DNA of 57,937 bases from a virus. Each line of letters opens with the position of its first letter. The first letter of the stretch is position 1. Shown in pieces: positions 25,505 to 33,254 of this stretch. The notes below the pieces were generated by a model, which worked only from the letters and a program-made list of their open reading frames with translations, ran no database searches and was not told where the DNA came from. The position numbers were made by a program, and so were the translations under genes. Location: the IMG/VR virus record IMGVR_UViG_3300029135_000007, positions 1 through 57,937 of that record. One strand, written 5' to 3'.

Positions 25505-26378
25505 TGTTATCCTCCATCAAATCGTCCATGCTCAACTGACCGCTGATGTTGTCGTCCTCCATCCACCATCGAAAAACGTCCATTCCTGTTTGCCAGTCGC
25601 ACGGCAAGCCTTTTGCTTTTCTGACATCAAGCATTCGTTCAAACGCTGATATGTACATTTTTTCGTAGGCAGGCCAGCGCATAAACTCACGCTGTCTGCC
25701 TCCCCTGCCGGCCATAGGACAGCCAATGCAGCCAACACGCTTCTGCCCTTCGCAATACAGCGGATTGATGGGCAGGTGTTCGCTGTGCGTGTAATCCCAC
25801 ACATCATCATCCGACCAGTCAATAATCGGATTGACGGTCATCTTGCCTTTGACGTTGCACGTTTCAAAGAGCTTTCTCTTCTCGTCATTGTCACCCATGA
25901 GAATGATGCGCTTTTCTTTGTCATGATGGCTAAATTCCATTGTTCTACGGTTTTTCTTTCTGTTTGTGGATTCAGCCCAGCGGACACCTGTTGCAATGAA
26001 TCGGTTTTTGCCAGTGTTCTCTTTTAAAACGGCACAGCAATACCGCACAAGTCGTGTAGGCGGCATCAGCTTTTGCGGAATCAGCGTCCACATGGACACG
26101 GGCTTGTCCTTGTACCATGGCATGACAATGGAGCATTTGATTCCACGTTCTTCCATCGCTTTGAACTGCTCACGGATGAAATAGACCGTCTCCGGCGCAT
26201 CTGCTGTGGCGTGGCTATTAACCACCTCAAAGTTGATTCCGGCACGTTCAGCCAGTGCCACAAGCACTTGTGAATCCTTGCCGCCAGAGTATGTGACCAT
26301 CAACGGTTTCTTGTCCCGATGCTCTGATAGCCTTGCGGCGTCCTGCAACCGTGCGATTGCAAGCTGTTCCTTATCCAC
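25497..26378 (-). CDS. PAPS reductase-family (adenine nucleotide alpha-hydrolase) protein
   Basis: P-loop-like ...VTYSGGKDSQVL...; C-terminal Cys cluster ...CEGQKRVGCIGCPM... Confidence 0.75.
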   Translation of the reverse strand: MDKEQLAIARLQDAARLSEHRDKKPLMVTYSGGKDSQVLVALAERAGINFEVVNSHATADAPETVYFIREQFKAMEERGIKCSIVMPWYKDKPVSMWTLIPQKLMPPTRLVRYCCAVLKENTGKNRFIATGVRWAESTNRKKNRRTMEFSHHDKEKRIILMGDNDEKRKLFETCNVKGKMTVNPIIDWSDDDVWDYTHSEHLPINPLYCEGQKRVGCIGCPMAGRGGRQREFMRWPAYEKMYISAFERMLDVRKAKGLPCDWQTGMDVFRWWMEDDNISGQLSMDDLMEDNNV

Positions 26379-26489
26379 CTTTCCCTCAGCTCTTTTTCGA
26401 CCTGTTCTGACTTTGCGGTGATGTAATCCGCAAACTCGTCAGGGGTCATGTCCTCGTTTTTGAACTGCCCGACCATCTCCCAGTACCTG

Positions 26490-26732
26490 TCACCGTCCCA
26501 TCGGCTGGTATCGGTTCAGGCAGCGCGGGTTATTGCAAAATCGCTCGCTTCCGATGATGCGCAGCGGCTTCCCGCAGTAGGGGCAGAAGTCCGGGAGCTG
26601 CTGTGGCGTGGCAGATTCCATGTCTGCCTTTGACGCACCGGTTTGCATCAGCTTAATCACGCAGTAAACGGAACCCGGCTGCGCTGCCGCAATGCAGCTC
26701 TGACGTGCTGGGCATTTTGAGCAATCGTACAT
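26490..26732 (-). CDS. zinc-ribbon protein
   Basis: CSKCP...C and CPYCG...C pairs; start taken at MYDCSKCP. Confidence 0.4.
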   Translation of the reverse strand: MYDCSKCPARQSCIAAAQPGSVYCVIKLMQTGASKADMESATPQQLPDFCPYCGKPLRIIGSERFCNNPRCLNRYQPMGR

Positions 26733-26777
26733 CGTTAGCCCTCCATCTTCTTGCCACACACCGGGCAGTCTCCGTAC

Positions 26778-27080
26778 TTATTCATCCAACTGCTCCTTTG
26801 CTTCAAGGCGAGATAGCCAGCGGACTTCCTTTTCGTACTGCATTTTCCGCATTCGATCAAAGGCTGCAGCGTCCATATCCAACGCAATAATGCAGTTCAC
26901 AACGTCTGCGTACCCTTCTTCAAATGCGCTCCGGCACTCCTCAACACTCTTCGGTGTCGGGTTCGCGCCATCCAGCGCACGGCGCAGCTTTAACGCAGCC
27001 TGTGCCAGTTTGGACGCTTTTTCTGCCAACCGCGCCAAGATTTCGGTCTTGGGCAGAATGTCTGAAATTTTCCTTTGCAT
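26778..27080 (-). CDS. MazG-like all-alpha NTP pyrophosphohydrolase-like protein (tentative)
   Basis: Start MQRKIS after RBS aagagg; ...FEEGYADVVNCIIAL... resembles the EExxD metal-binding motif. Confidence 0.35.
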   Translation of the reverse strand: MQRKISDILPKTEILARLAEKASKLAQAALKLRRALDGANPTPKSVEECRSAFEEGYADVVNCIIALDMDAAAFDRMRKMQYEKEVRWLSRLEAKEQLDE

Positions 27081-27093
27081 ATCTCTACCTCTT

Positions 27094-27426
27094 TCAGTAG
27101 TATTCAATTTCAACCATTGAAGTGGATACAAGCTCAAATCGACCGTCTCCCAGAGGTATTTGGAGTAGTTTGTAATCTCTTGCACTAGAGATCGGAATCA
27201 GCTCGTTAAAGCTTTCCACCGTAATGGTGTACTTTAAATGCCGTGCGCTACCGTAGCCTACTTTTTCAATTTCCGGGGAATAAACTGTAACATGGTAGCA
27301 AGGGTGGTCAGCAATTTCAGTTTTAGTTTCAGCATCAGCAGATGTTGAACCACAGGATGTAAATAACAGTGTGAGTGACAGTGCCAGAATTGTAATCACA
27401 AGACAGATAAAACGATGATTGCTCAC
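27094..27426 (-). CDS. lipoprotein (possible superinfection exclusion)
   Basis: GTG start after RBS aaaggaga; signal sequence with lipobox ...LTLLFTSCGS. Confidence 0.5.
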   Translation of the reverse strand: MSNHRFICLVITILALSLTLLFTSCGSTSADAETKTEIADHPCYHVTVYSPEIEKVGYGSARHLKYTITVESFNELIPISSARDYKLLQIPLGDGRFELVSTSMVEIEYY

Positions 27427-27439
27427 TTCTGTTCTCCTT

Positions 27440-27844
27440 TCAGTCGATGTACCGCCATGCAACAATTTTGACATCACTTAAAACCCATTCACCACTACTT
27501 TGAAACCAGCGTTTATCGTTATATCTGCGGTACGCAATGTCGAGGTCTCCATTTTCAAACTTTATTTCGACAGCTTCACCGCATTGCGGTTGAACATTCA
27601 TGCTGTTCCACTCGTTTTTGTTTCCAGTGTCGGGCTTCTGTTCATCAGGTGTTAGCCAGTCATTCAGTTCTTTCATGCAGGACGGACAAAGCTGAATCGG
27701 TTCTTCGCCCAGTCCAAAACGGTTGCGTTCCACCGTGCAATCTAAGAACAGAATCGAATTTGCAGTACCGTAGCAATCGTTTATGTCAGGCACTTTCCGA
27801 TTAAAAATCTCACCGCACCTGTCGCACTTAAAGACAACGCTCAC
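27440..27844 (-). CDS. zinc-ribbon N-domain fused to a DUF551-like C-domain
   Basis: CDRCGE...LCPSCMKELNDWL N-domain, paralogous to that of the next gene; C-terminal ...KIVAWRYID. Confidence 0.45.
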   Translation of the reverse strand: MSVVFKCDRCGEIFNRKVPDINDCYGTANSILFLDCTVERNRFGLGEEPIQLCPSCMKELNDWLTPDEQKPDTGNKNEWNSMNVQPQCGEAVEIKFENGDLDIAYRRYNDKRWFQSSGEWVLSDVKIVAWRYID

Positions 27845-28212
27845 TCTTTTATTCCCTCCATTCTTGAACCACAGTTAGGGCAATAATCAAAATCCGATAC
27901 ACGTTCATACGGCGAGAGTTTGTATTCTGCTCTGCACTTGTCACACTCGATTGAGTTGCTTTCATGGTCGTAAATCCATTTTGCTTGTCGTTTCTGTTCT
28001 CCTTTCAGCCATTCGTTCAGCTTTTCCATGCAAGAGGGGCAAAGGACAACGGTTTCATCTCTTATCGAGTAAATTCCTTTATCATCGCCAGAAAGGCACT
28101 TTACAATAGAATTGCTTTCAAATTGGTCAAGTTCGTCATCAAACGGTGTCATGTATTTCACATCGTTGGAAAGCGGAAACGCTTCACCGCACCTATCGCA
28201 TACCATTGTCAT
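27841..28212 (-). CDS. double zinc-ribbon protein (N-domain paralog of 27440..27844)
   Basis: CDRCGEAF...LCPSCMEKLNEWL plus C-terminal CDKC...CPNCG. Confidence 0.45.
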   Translation of the reverse strand: MTMVCDRCGEAFPLSNDVKYMTPFDDELDQFESNSIVKCLSGDDKGIYSIRDETVVLCPSCMEKLNEWLKGEQKRQAKWIYDHESNSIECDKCRAEYKLSPYERVSDFDYCPNCGSRMEGIKE

Positions 28213-28214
28213 TT

Positions 28215-28451
28215 TCACCACAACTCCCAACTAGCCTTGAGCTCTTTTCCGATTTCAACAGAAAGTTTCTTGATGATGATTCTTGCGTGTTCATACTGAG
28301 CTTTTACACCGTATGAATAATCTGTGACAACCTTCTTCGGGCTTTCATTGCTTCTCATTTTCTTTCTAAGGTTTTCTTCGTTCTCCATAAGAAGTTCGCT
28401 TTGGTACAGCCCCAGAAGCCTTACCAATTCTTGTTTTTCAGGCAGTTGCAT
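28215..28451 (-). CDS. hypothetical protein (78 aa)
   Basis: Track ORF. Confidence 0.4.
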   Translation of the reverse strand: MQLPEKQELVRLLGLYQSELLMENEENLRKKMRSNESPKKVVTDYSYGVKAQYEHARIIIKKLSVEIGKELKASWELW

Positions 28452-28968
28452 TTTCTTTCTCCAATCTCTTTAGCAACCCGTCCACGTCATATCGCCAATG
28501 GACACGCAGCCTTTTTGCTTTGACCTCTATTCCCTCTTGCTCTGCCCACTGCCAAGGGATGCTCTTGCGGTTTTCATTGTATCGGAACGCCAGAACCTTG
28601 CTGGCAGGGATTGCAAAGGTGCGGTTGACCGACCGGTAATTGACTATCACATGGGCGGTCTGACCGCTGTACCCCATTGCATCCACCATGTCCGTGATGT
28701 GCTTTTCCTTGCGGTATTTGCACTTTGCCTTGTCGTATTTGCCGAACACCTTTTCCAGAGGGATAGAGGGCGTTTCAATGGTTTTTAGCTCAAACAGGTG
28801 GTTCATCGGGTATCGGTACACAAGGAAGTCGCAGATGTTGTCGATGGAAAAAGACAGGTTCTCGTTGCCACCGTAGTAGGTGGCAGCACTGTCCTTCAAG
28901 CGGTAGCACCACGCATCGGACGGGACGGATGCCTTAAAGTCCGCTTCAAACTGCTTGCCGGTGTTCAT
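28438..28968 (-). CDS. RecU-like Holliday junction resolvase (PD-(D/E)xK)
   Basis: N-terminal GKQFEADF; ...NICDFLVYRYPMNHLFELKT... gives a D...E-x-K catalytic pattern; size is typical of RecU. Confidence 0.55.
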   Translation of the reverse strand: MNTGKQFEADFKASVPSDAWCYRLKDSAATYYGGNENLSFSIDNICDFLVYRYPMNHLFELKTIETPSIPLEKVFGKYDKAKCKYRKEKHITDMVDAMGYSGQTAHVIVNYRSVNRTFAIPASKVLAFRYNENRKSIPWQWAEQEGIEVKAKRLRVHWRYDVDGLLKRLEKENATA

Positions 28969-29153
28969 TTGTTGTCTTTTGGTTGTTTGGGGAGTGGCAT
29001 CCAGAACGGCATAATGTCAGGAAACGACACCGCAACGGTCATTTTCACAACTTCTGCGCGTTTCGTATTGCTATACCAAACCAAAATGTTCCCCCTCGAA
29101 TCTCCATCCAATTTGTGAGGTGGATTTTTTACTATATCTCTCCATTCGTTCAT
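28965..29153 (-). CDS. DUF551-like protein (short)
   Basis: ...WRDIVKNPP... and C-terminal ...FWMPLPKQP. Confidence 0.5.
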   Translation of the reverse strand: MNEWRDIVKNPPHKLDGDSRGNILVWYSNTKRAEVVKMTVAVSFPDIMPFWMPLPKQPKDNK

Positions 29154-29368
29154 CCTTGTTCACCTCTAAATTCACTTCCGAGAAACCGCTTCTTGCCACG
29201 TTCCCGGTGCTTATCCTCGTAGTTGTGGTGGTACACGCTCTGGCTGTGGTTCAACTCGTACACGAATGCCTTGCGTTCTTCAAAGTCTTTTTTTCCCGCC
29301 TTGTACTTCTCGCAAGTGTCGTGGCAAGCTTGGTGGCGTGATGTGCAGTTGAGACAACAGGTAATCAT
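29150..29368 (-). CDS. small Cys/His-rich protein
   Basis: Start taken at MITCCLNCTSRHQACHDTCEKY; ATGA overlap with the methylase stop. Confidence 0.35.
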   Translation of the reverse strand: MITCCLNCTSRHQACHDTCEKYKAGKKDFEERKAFVYELNHSQSVYHHNYEDKHRERGKKRFLGSEFRGEQG

Positions 29369-30468
29369 TCTTCGCCGAATCTCCTTTTTGTGACGGCAAT
29401 GGGGAACTCCTCGATCTCGGAAGCCCATCGTGCCGTACCGTTTCCATAGGTCTTTTGCCAGACAAGCGGGAAGCCCCCTATACCATCGAACAGACTTCCT
29501 AGCGTGGCATTTTCGCCCAGATAAGGTTTCATCTTCTGTGCAATCCAGAACCACTGCGGTAGAGCAATGCTGTTTCCGAGTGCTTTGTAACGTGGGCTGT
29601 CAGCATACTTATGCTTCTTGCCTTTGCTATCCACCCATTCGCCGATGTCCGTCCATCCATCAGGGAAACCCTGCAACCGTTCACACTCAACAGGTGTCAA
29701 GCGGCGAACAATCCAGCGGACGATTTTCTCTGTAACCAGACACTCGCTACCGTTACCGATGTTCCCTGCTTTCGCTTTCAAGGTTGAGCATTTTCCGCTT
29801 TCTTTGTAGTGGCTAAAAGACTGTTCGTTAAAGGTATGGCGCTCAATCGCAATAGCCGTATAATCTGTGATTCTGTTTTCGTGGTCGCCGGTGATTGTCG
29901 GCACGATTTTGACATCACCATTTCCGCGAGCGTCATAAACAACAGGCTGAAACAAAGTCTGGTCTTGCAACGTGGAAAGTGTTGCGCTCTTTTCGGTCTG
30001 TACCAGTGCGCCTTTTCCGCCTCCGGAACATCTGCTACGGATTTTCAGGGTGTAGGAATTGCCCCCCCACCCCCCTATCACGTCCAGAAGGGCTTGCCTG
30101 AGAACTTCCGGAAGCGGCTTCCCACGCCTTGATGCTCTCGTCAAGATTCCCTGACAGGCTCGTGCGCTCAAATAGTATTTCTGTGGCACGTTGTCCTCTA
30201 AAATCCACGACAAGAGCGATTCTCTTTCGGCGTTGGGGAACTCCCCAACATTGAGCGTCAAGCTGTCGCCAAGCCAGAGACCATCCGTTTCCAGCGATTG
30301 CTCCGGCTTTGCTCCATCTGCCCCCCCTGCCCGAAGGTCGAGGAATTGAAACGTCTGGCTGCTCGATGCGGGCAAGTTCTTCCAGCACGGCTCTGAAATC
30401 TTCTCCTCCGTTGGAGCTGAACGCTCCTGGTACATTTTCCCAAATAGCGAAAGTTGGGTACATTCCAT
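29365..30468 (-). CDS. DNA (cytosine-5) methyltransferase, downstream ORF: target-recognition region, motifs IX and X, then motifs I and II at the C-terminus
   Basis: ...RRLTPVECERLQGFPDGWT (IX), KALGNSIALP (X), then TLGSLFDGIGGFPL (I, FxGxG) and WASEIEEFP (II) just before the stop. The true translation start is unknown; the upstream 434 nt overlap ORF 30035..30652. Confidence 0.75.
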   Translation of the reverse strand: MECTQLSLFGKMYQERSAPTEEKISEPCWKNLPASSSQTFQFLDLRAGGADGAKPEQSLETDGLWLGDSLTLNVGEFPNAERESLLSWILEDNVPQKYYLSARACQGILTRASRRGKPLPEVLRQALLDVIGGWGGNSYTLKIRSRCSGGGKGALVQTEKSATLSTLQDQTLFQPVVYDARGNGDVKIVPTITGDHENRITDYTAIAIERHTFNEQSFSHYKESGKCSTLKAKAGNIGNGSECLVTEKIVRWIVRRLTPVECERLQGFPDGWTDIGEWVDSKGKKHKYADSPRYKALGNSIALPQWFWIAQKMKPYLGENATLGSLFDGIGGFPLVWQKTYGNGTARWASEIEEFPIAVTKRRFGEE

Positions 30469-30652
30469 TTGTCGCTTTCCTCATTTCCTTGATGATTCGC
30501 GCGGCATCAACAAAAAGACCAGACCGCCCTCCGGCAAGTCCCGCCCTGCGTCCTGCAATGGACAAATCCTGGCATGGGCTGCCAAACGTGATGCAATCCA
30601 CAGGCTCTATCTGGTCGCCGTGAATCTTTGTAATGTCGCCCAAGTGCTTCAT
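30035..30652 (-). CDS. DNA (cytosine-5) methyltransferase, upstream ORF: motifs IV, VI and VIII only
   Basis: ITFGSPCQDLS (IV, catalytic PC), WENVPG (VI), GVPQRRKRIAL (VIII). No FxGxG upstream: an in-frame stop lies 13 codons before the ATG. Confidence 0.8.
   Translation of the reverse strand: MKHLGDITKIHGDQIEPVDCITFGSPCQDLSIAGRRAGLAGGRSGLFVDAARIIKEMRKATNGMYPTFAIWENVPGAFSSNGGEDFRAVLEELARIEQPDVSIPRPSGRGGRWSKAGAIAGNGWSLAWRQLDAQCWGVPQRRKRIALVVDFRGQRATEILFERTSLSGNLDESIKAWEAASGSSQASPSGRDRGVGGQFLHPENP
30062..30075 (-). repeat. homopolymer pair G6-T-G7 (coding strand) about 25 nt before the stop of the upstream methylase ORF
   Basis: Plus strand ccccccc a cccccc at 30062-30075; a further C7 run at 30321-30327. 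Loss of one base here would fuse the two methylase ORFs. Confidence 0.9.
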
Positions 30653-30705
30653 CTTTCTAAACGCCCGTCCAGCCAGATAGCGCAGCTCTTATATAAGGTA
30701 GGCGG

Positions 30706-31311
30706 TCAGGACTTCGCCGAAGCGAAAGCCTTGCTCATATCAGCGATAATGTCGTATCGATCTTGATATTTGCTGTACACAGTCGTTCCGGTTCCAAGAC
30801 CAATCTGCGTCTGGTTGATGGAAGCAGGAACTATATAAATGCTTTCCTTCTCTTCGTTTTTTGCAATCAGAAAATAAACATCGCAAGTAGGGAATCGTTT
30901 TTCAAGATTAAACGAATAGCAAAAACTCTTATTTGCTCTGCTCGGCCTTGCCGTTTTCACATCAACCTTAACGCTGCCATTAACATAAAGGTCATAGGCG
31001 TATCTAGTTGACATTCGCTCAACCGCAAATCCATGTTCTTCCAGCAGTTTTGTAGCAAGGTCTTCGCCATACTTTCCGAATTGCGTTTCGCTTTCTTTCA
31101 TTTCGATATTAAGGATTTCAGCTATTTTGTAATAGCCACCCGGAAAACGGCGAATTGCATTTGTCAACTTGTCGTTTCCGTAATACTTGCTCAATTCACT
31201 TCTTGATGGCATTCTAGTTAAACCAGTGGCAGACATACAGGCTTTCACATACAGCAAGATTTTATCTTGCGTCCAATGCGTTTTTTCTTCCCGATTCATG
31301 CGCATCTCCAA
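30706..31311 (-). CDS. PD-(D/E)xK nuclease with N-terminal homing-endonuclease-associated-repeat-like module
   Basis: ...YAYDLYVNGSVKVDVKTA... gives D...D-x-K; N-terminal ...WTQDKILLYVKAC...SRSELSKYYG...AIRRFPGGYYKIAEIL; GC clearly lower than the flanks. Confidence 0.5.
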   Translation of the reverse strand: MEMRMNREEKTHWTQDKILLYVKACMSATGLTRMPSRSELSKYYGNDKLTNAIRRFPGGYYKIAEILNIEMKESETQFGKYGEDLATKLLEEHGFAVERMSTRYAYDLYVNGSVKVDVKTARPSRANKSFCYSFNLEKRFPTCDVYFLIAKNEEKESIYIVPASINQTQIGLGTGTTVYSKYQDRYDIIADMSKAFASAKS

Positions 31312-31728
31312 TCAGAAGGGCAACGAACCATCATCGTCAATCACAGAGAAGTCGTCTGCGTTACCCTGAGAATAGTTCTGTGGTGCATCCTGCGCCCGAT
31401 CGGCGGGTTTGCTGTCAGACTTGCCACCGCAGAAGTCAACCTTGTTCGCCATAATTTCTGTTGCGGTGCGGTTGTTTCCCTGCTTGTCGATATATTTCCG
31501 GGTCTGGATGCTGCCAGTCACCAGAATTAGGCTACCCTTCTGGAACCACTTGGAAACGAACAGTGCCGTATTACCAAATGCGGTGCAGTTGAAGAAGTCG
31601 GTTTCCTTCTGACCGCCACTCTGACGGTCACAAGCAATGCTGAACGTGCAAACATCCTTGCCAGACTTCGTGACCTTAGCTTCAGGCGTGTGAACCAGAC
31701 GCCCCTGAATTGCGATAGAGTTGAGCAT
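31312..31728 (-). CDS. ssb: single-stranded DNA-binding protein
   Basis: OB-fold N-terminus (MLNSIAIQGRLVHTPE...) and acidic tail ...DDDGSLPF. Confidence 0.9.
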   Translation of the reverse strand: MLNSIAIQGRLVHTPEAKVTKSGKDVCTFSIACDRQSGGQKETDFFNCTAFGNTALFVSKWFQKGSLILVTGSIQTRKYIDKQGNNRTATEIMANKVDFCGGKSDSKPADRAQDAPQNYSQGNADDFSVIDDDGSLPF

Positions 31729-31746
31729 TGTTTAGCCCTCCTTCGG

Positions 31747-32373
31747 CTATTTCTGTGCACAGTCCCAACACAGGACGCGCCCAAAGCGTTTTTTCGTGCT
31801 TCTTGCAGTTTCCAGCGGAGTGACTGTGCGGTTGTTGTACTGAATAGGCTGCAACTGCTTTCCGCAGCAAGCGCATGGGGGGATGGTTTCCGCTTCCGTT
31901 TGCTTCTGCTCAGGCTTGTTTGACCTGCTTGTAGTCTGCTTCTGGTACTCGTCCGTGTCAGCGTCCTTCGTATCGTCAATGCAAAACAAACCGTTCAGAG
32001 CGTACTTTCTGGCGTAGCTGCTTGCAGTGCCGGTAATCTGCGAATCGTCCATGCCCTTCTTAAACTCAGGCTCACGAGCGTATGCAGTTACCGTGTAGGT
32101 GGCACCATCCTGCGATTCAACTGTTGCGGTGGCTTCGATGTAGTGCCAACTGTCAACAATAACAGGCTTGTCGGAAAGCCGTAGCACAAGGCTATGTGCT
32201 TTCAAGATTGGCTTGACCGCTTCGAGGATGTCCTCACAGGAACGGTACTTGTAACCGCCAAATTTGTTCATCTGCCCTTTGGGGGCTTTCAGCTCTGACT
32301 GAACAGCCATCAGAGCTTCATGGATTTTGCTGTTGTCCATACGTTTCCTTTCTTTGGCTTCATTAGGCTTCAT
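31747..32373 (-). CDS. ERF-family single-strand annealing protein
   Basis: ...KFGGYKYRSCEDILEAVKPIL... and ...GTASSYARKYALNGLFCIDD... are typical ERF motifs. The start could instead be the internal MDNSK. Confidence 0.8.
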   Translation of the reverse strand: MKPNEAKERKRMDNSKIHEALMAVQSELKAPKGQMNKFGGYKYRSCEDILEAVKPILKAHSLVLRLSDKPVIVDSWHYIEATATVESQDGATYTVTAYAREPEFKKGMDDSQITGTASSYARKYALNGLFCIDDTKDADTDEYQKQTTSRSNKPEQKQTEAETIPPCACCGKQLQPIQYNNRTVTPLETARSTKKRFGRVLCWDCAQK

Positions 32374-32407
32374 TGTTCTTACTTCGGCTTAACTTGGCTA
32401 TATAAAA

Positions 32408-32602
32408 TCAACCAGCCATCAGTTCTGCCAGCTGTGCATGGAGGTCTTTCAGCTCCGCTTCCCTGTCCTCAATCTCAGACTGTAAGTCCTCAATCGCTGC
32501 CAGCCGGTCAGCTTCTTTGGCTTCCGCCATCTGTTCGTTGGTCATGAAGTACACGCCGTCCTCCGGCTCTGTCACGCCACCGAATCTGTCAAGGTTAATC
32601 AT
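32408..32602 (-). CDS. small acidic coiled-coil protein
   Basis: Start taken at MINLDRF after RBS gagggaag; the rest of track ORF 32408..32767 overlaps the next gene. Confidence 0.4.
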   Translation of the reverse strand: MINLDRFGGVTEPEDGVYFMTNEQMAEAKEADRLAAIEDLQSEIEDREAELKDLHAQLAELMAG

Positions 32603-32786
32603 TTTTTGACTTCCCTCTCTTGCGCTGTTCTTTGATTTGCAACGCACTGTGCCACTGGTCTTTGTCGATTTCAATGGTAGACCACCGGTAGTTACATACA
32701 AGGCACTTCTTGCGTCGAGCGATGCTGTCATAGTCTGATCGGCTATCAACCGTTGTGATGTTGTCACTACCGCACATCGGGCATTT
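32595..32786 (-). CDS. NrdR-like zinc-ribbon protein (no ATP-cone)
   Basis: MKCPMCGSDNITTVDSRSDYDSIARRKKCLVCNYRWSTIE matches the NrdR N-terminal zinc-ribbon pattern. Confidence 0.55.
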   Translation of the reverse strand, partial: KCPMCGSDNITTVDSRSDYDSIARRKKCLVCNYRWSTIEIDKDQWHSALQIKEQRKRGKSKND

Positions 32787-33061
32787 CATCGTGCATCCCT
32801 CCACTCGTTGGTGTGGTGAGGAATGCGTTTTACTTTGCGATTTTCCCGTTCGATACGTTCATTTTCAGAGCTGACCCCAATGGCGCACAAGACGAGTGCT
32901 GCGGCGAGGAAACTACACGAAAGGAAAACGTATCCAAACATTGCTGCCACGCTTTGGCTTTTTTGGATTGCATCGCCGCATCCTACCGAAAAAATCGCTA
33001 ACGCGATTCCAAGCGTACAAAGGACATTAGCTTTCAGGCTTTTCACTCTTATTACCTCCAA
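32786..33061 (-). CDS. membrane protein
   Basis: Track ORF, 91 aa, two hydrophobic helices. Confidence 0.4.
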   Translation of the reverse strand: MEVIRVKSLKANVLCTLGIALAIFSVGCGDAIQKSQSVAAMFGYVFLSCSFLAAALVLCAIGVSSENERIERENRKVKRIPHHTNEWRDAR

Positions 33062-33236
33062 AACTCAGTATCCATGCCGTAGCCATCGCCACAGATACCG
33101 TGATGATTCCACGGGTAGCTGATGCACCTACCAGAATACCGATGTGATGCACCATCCAGAAGTTCAGCAGAAATACCGCCAAAACCACTGCCAGTGCTAT
33201 GCCCCACATCAGGGCAACTTCAATAAACGCTTTCAT
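33027..33236 (-). CDS. membrane protein
   Basis: Start taken at MKAFIEVALMWG after RBS aaaggaga; two or three TM helices. Confidence 0.4.
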   Translation of the reverse strand: MKAFIEVALMWGIALAVVLAVFLLNFWMVHHIGILVGASATRGIITVSVAMATAWILSFGGNKSEKPES

Positions 33237-33254
33237 CTTGTCTCCTTTCATTTT

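Noticed and set aside
31527-31979. 150-aa minus-strand ORF overlapping the end of the ERF gene and the start of ssb
   Set aside because: It is an alternative frame across two well-supported genes with a Ser/Arg-rich sequence, most likely an overlap artefact.
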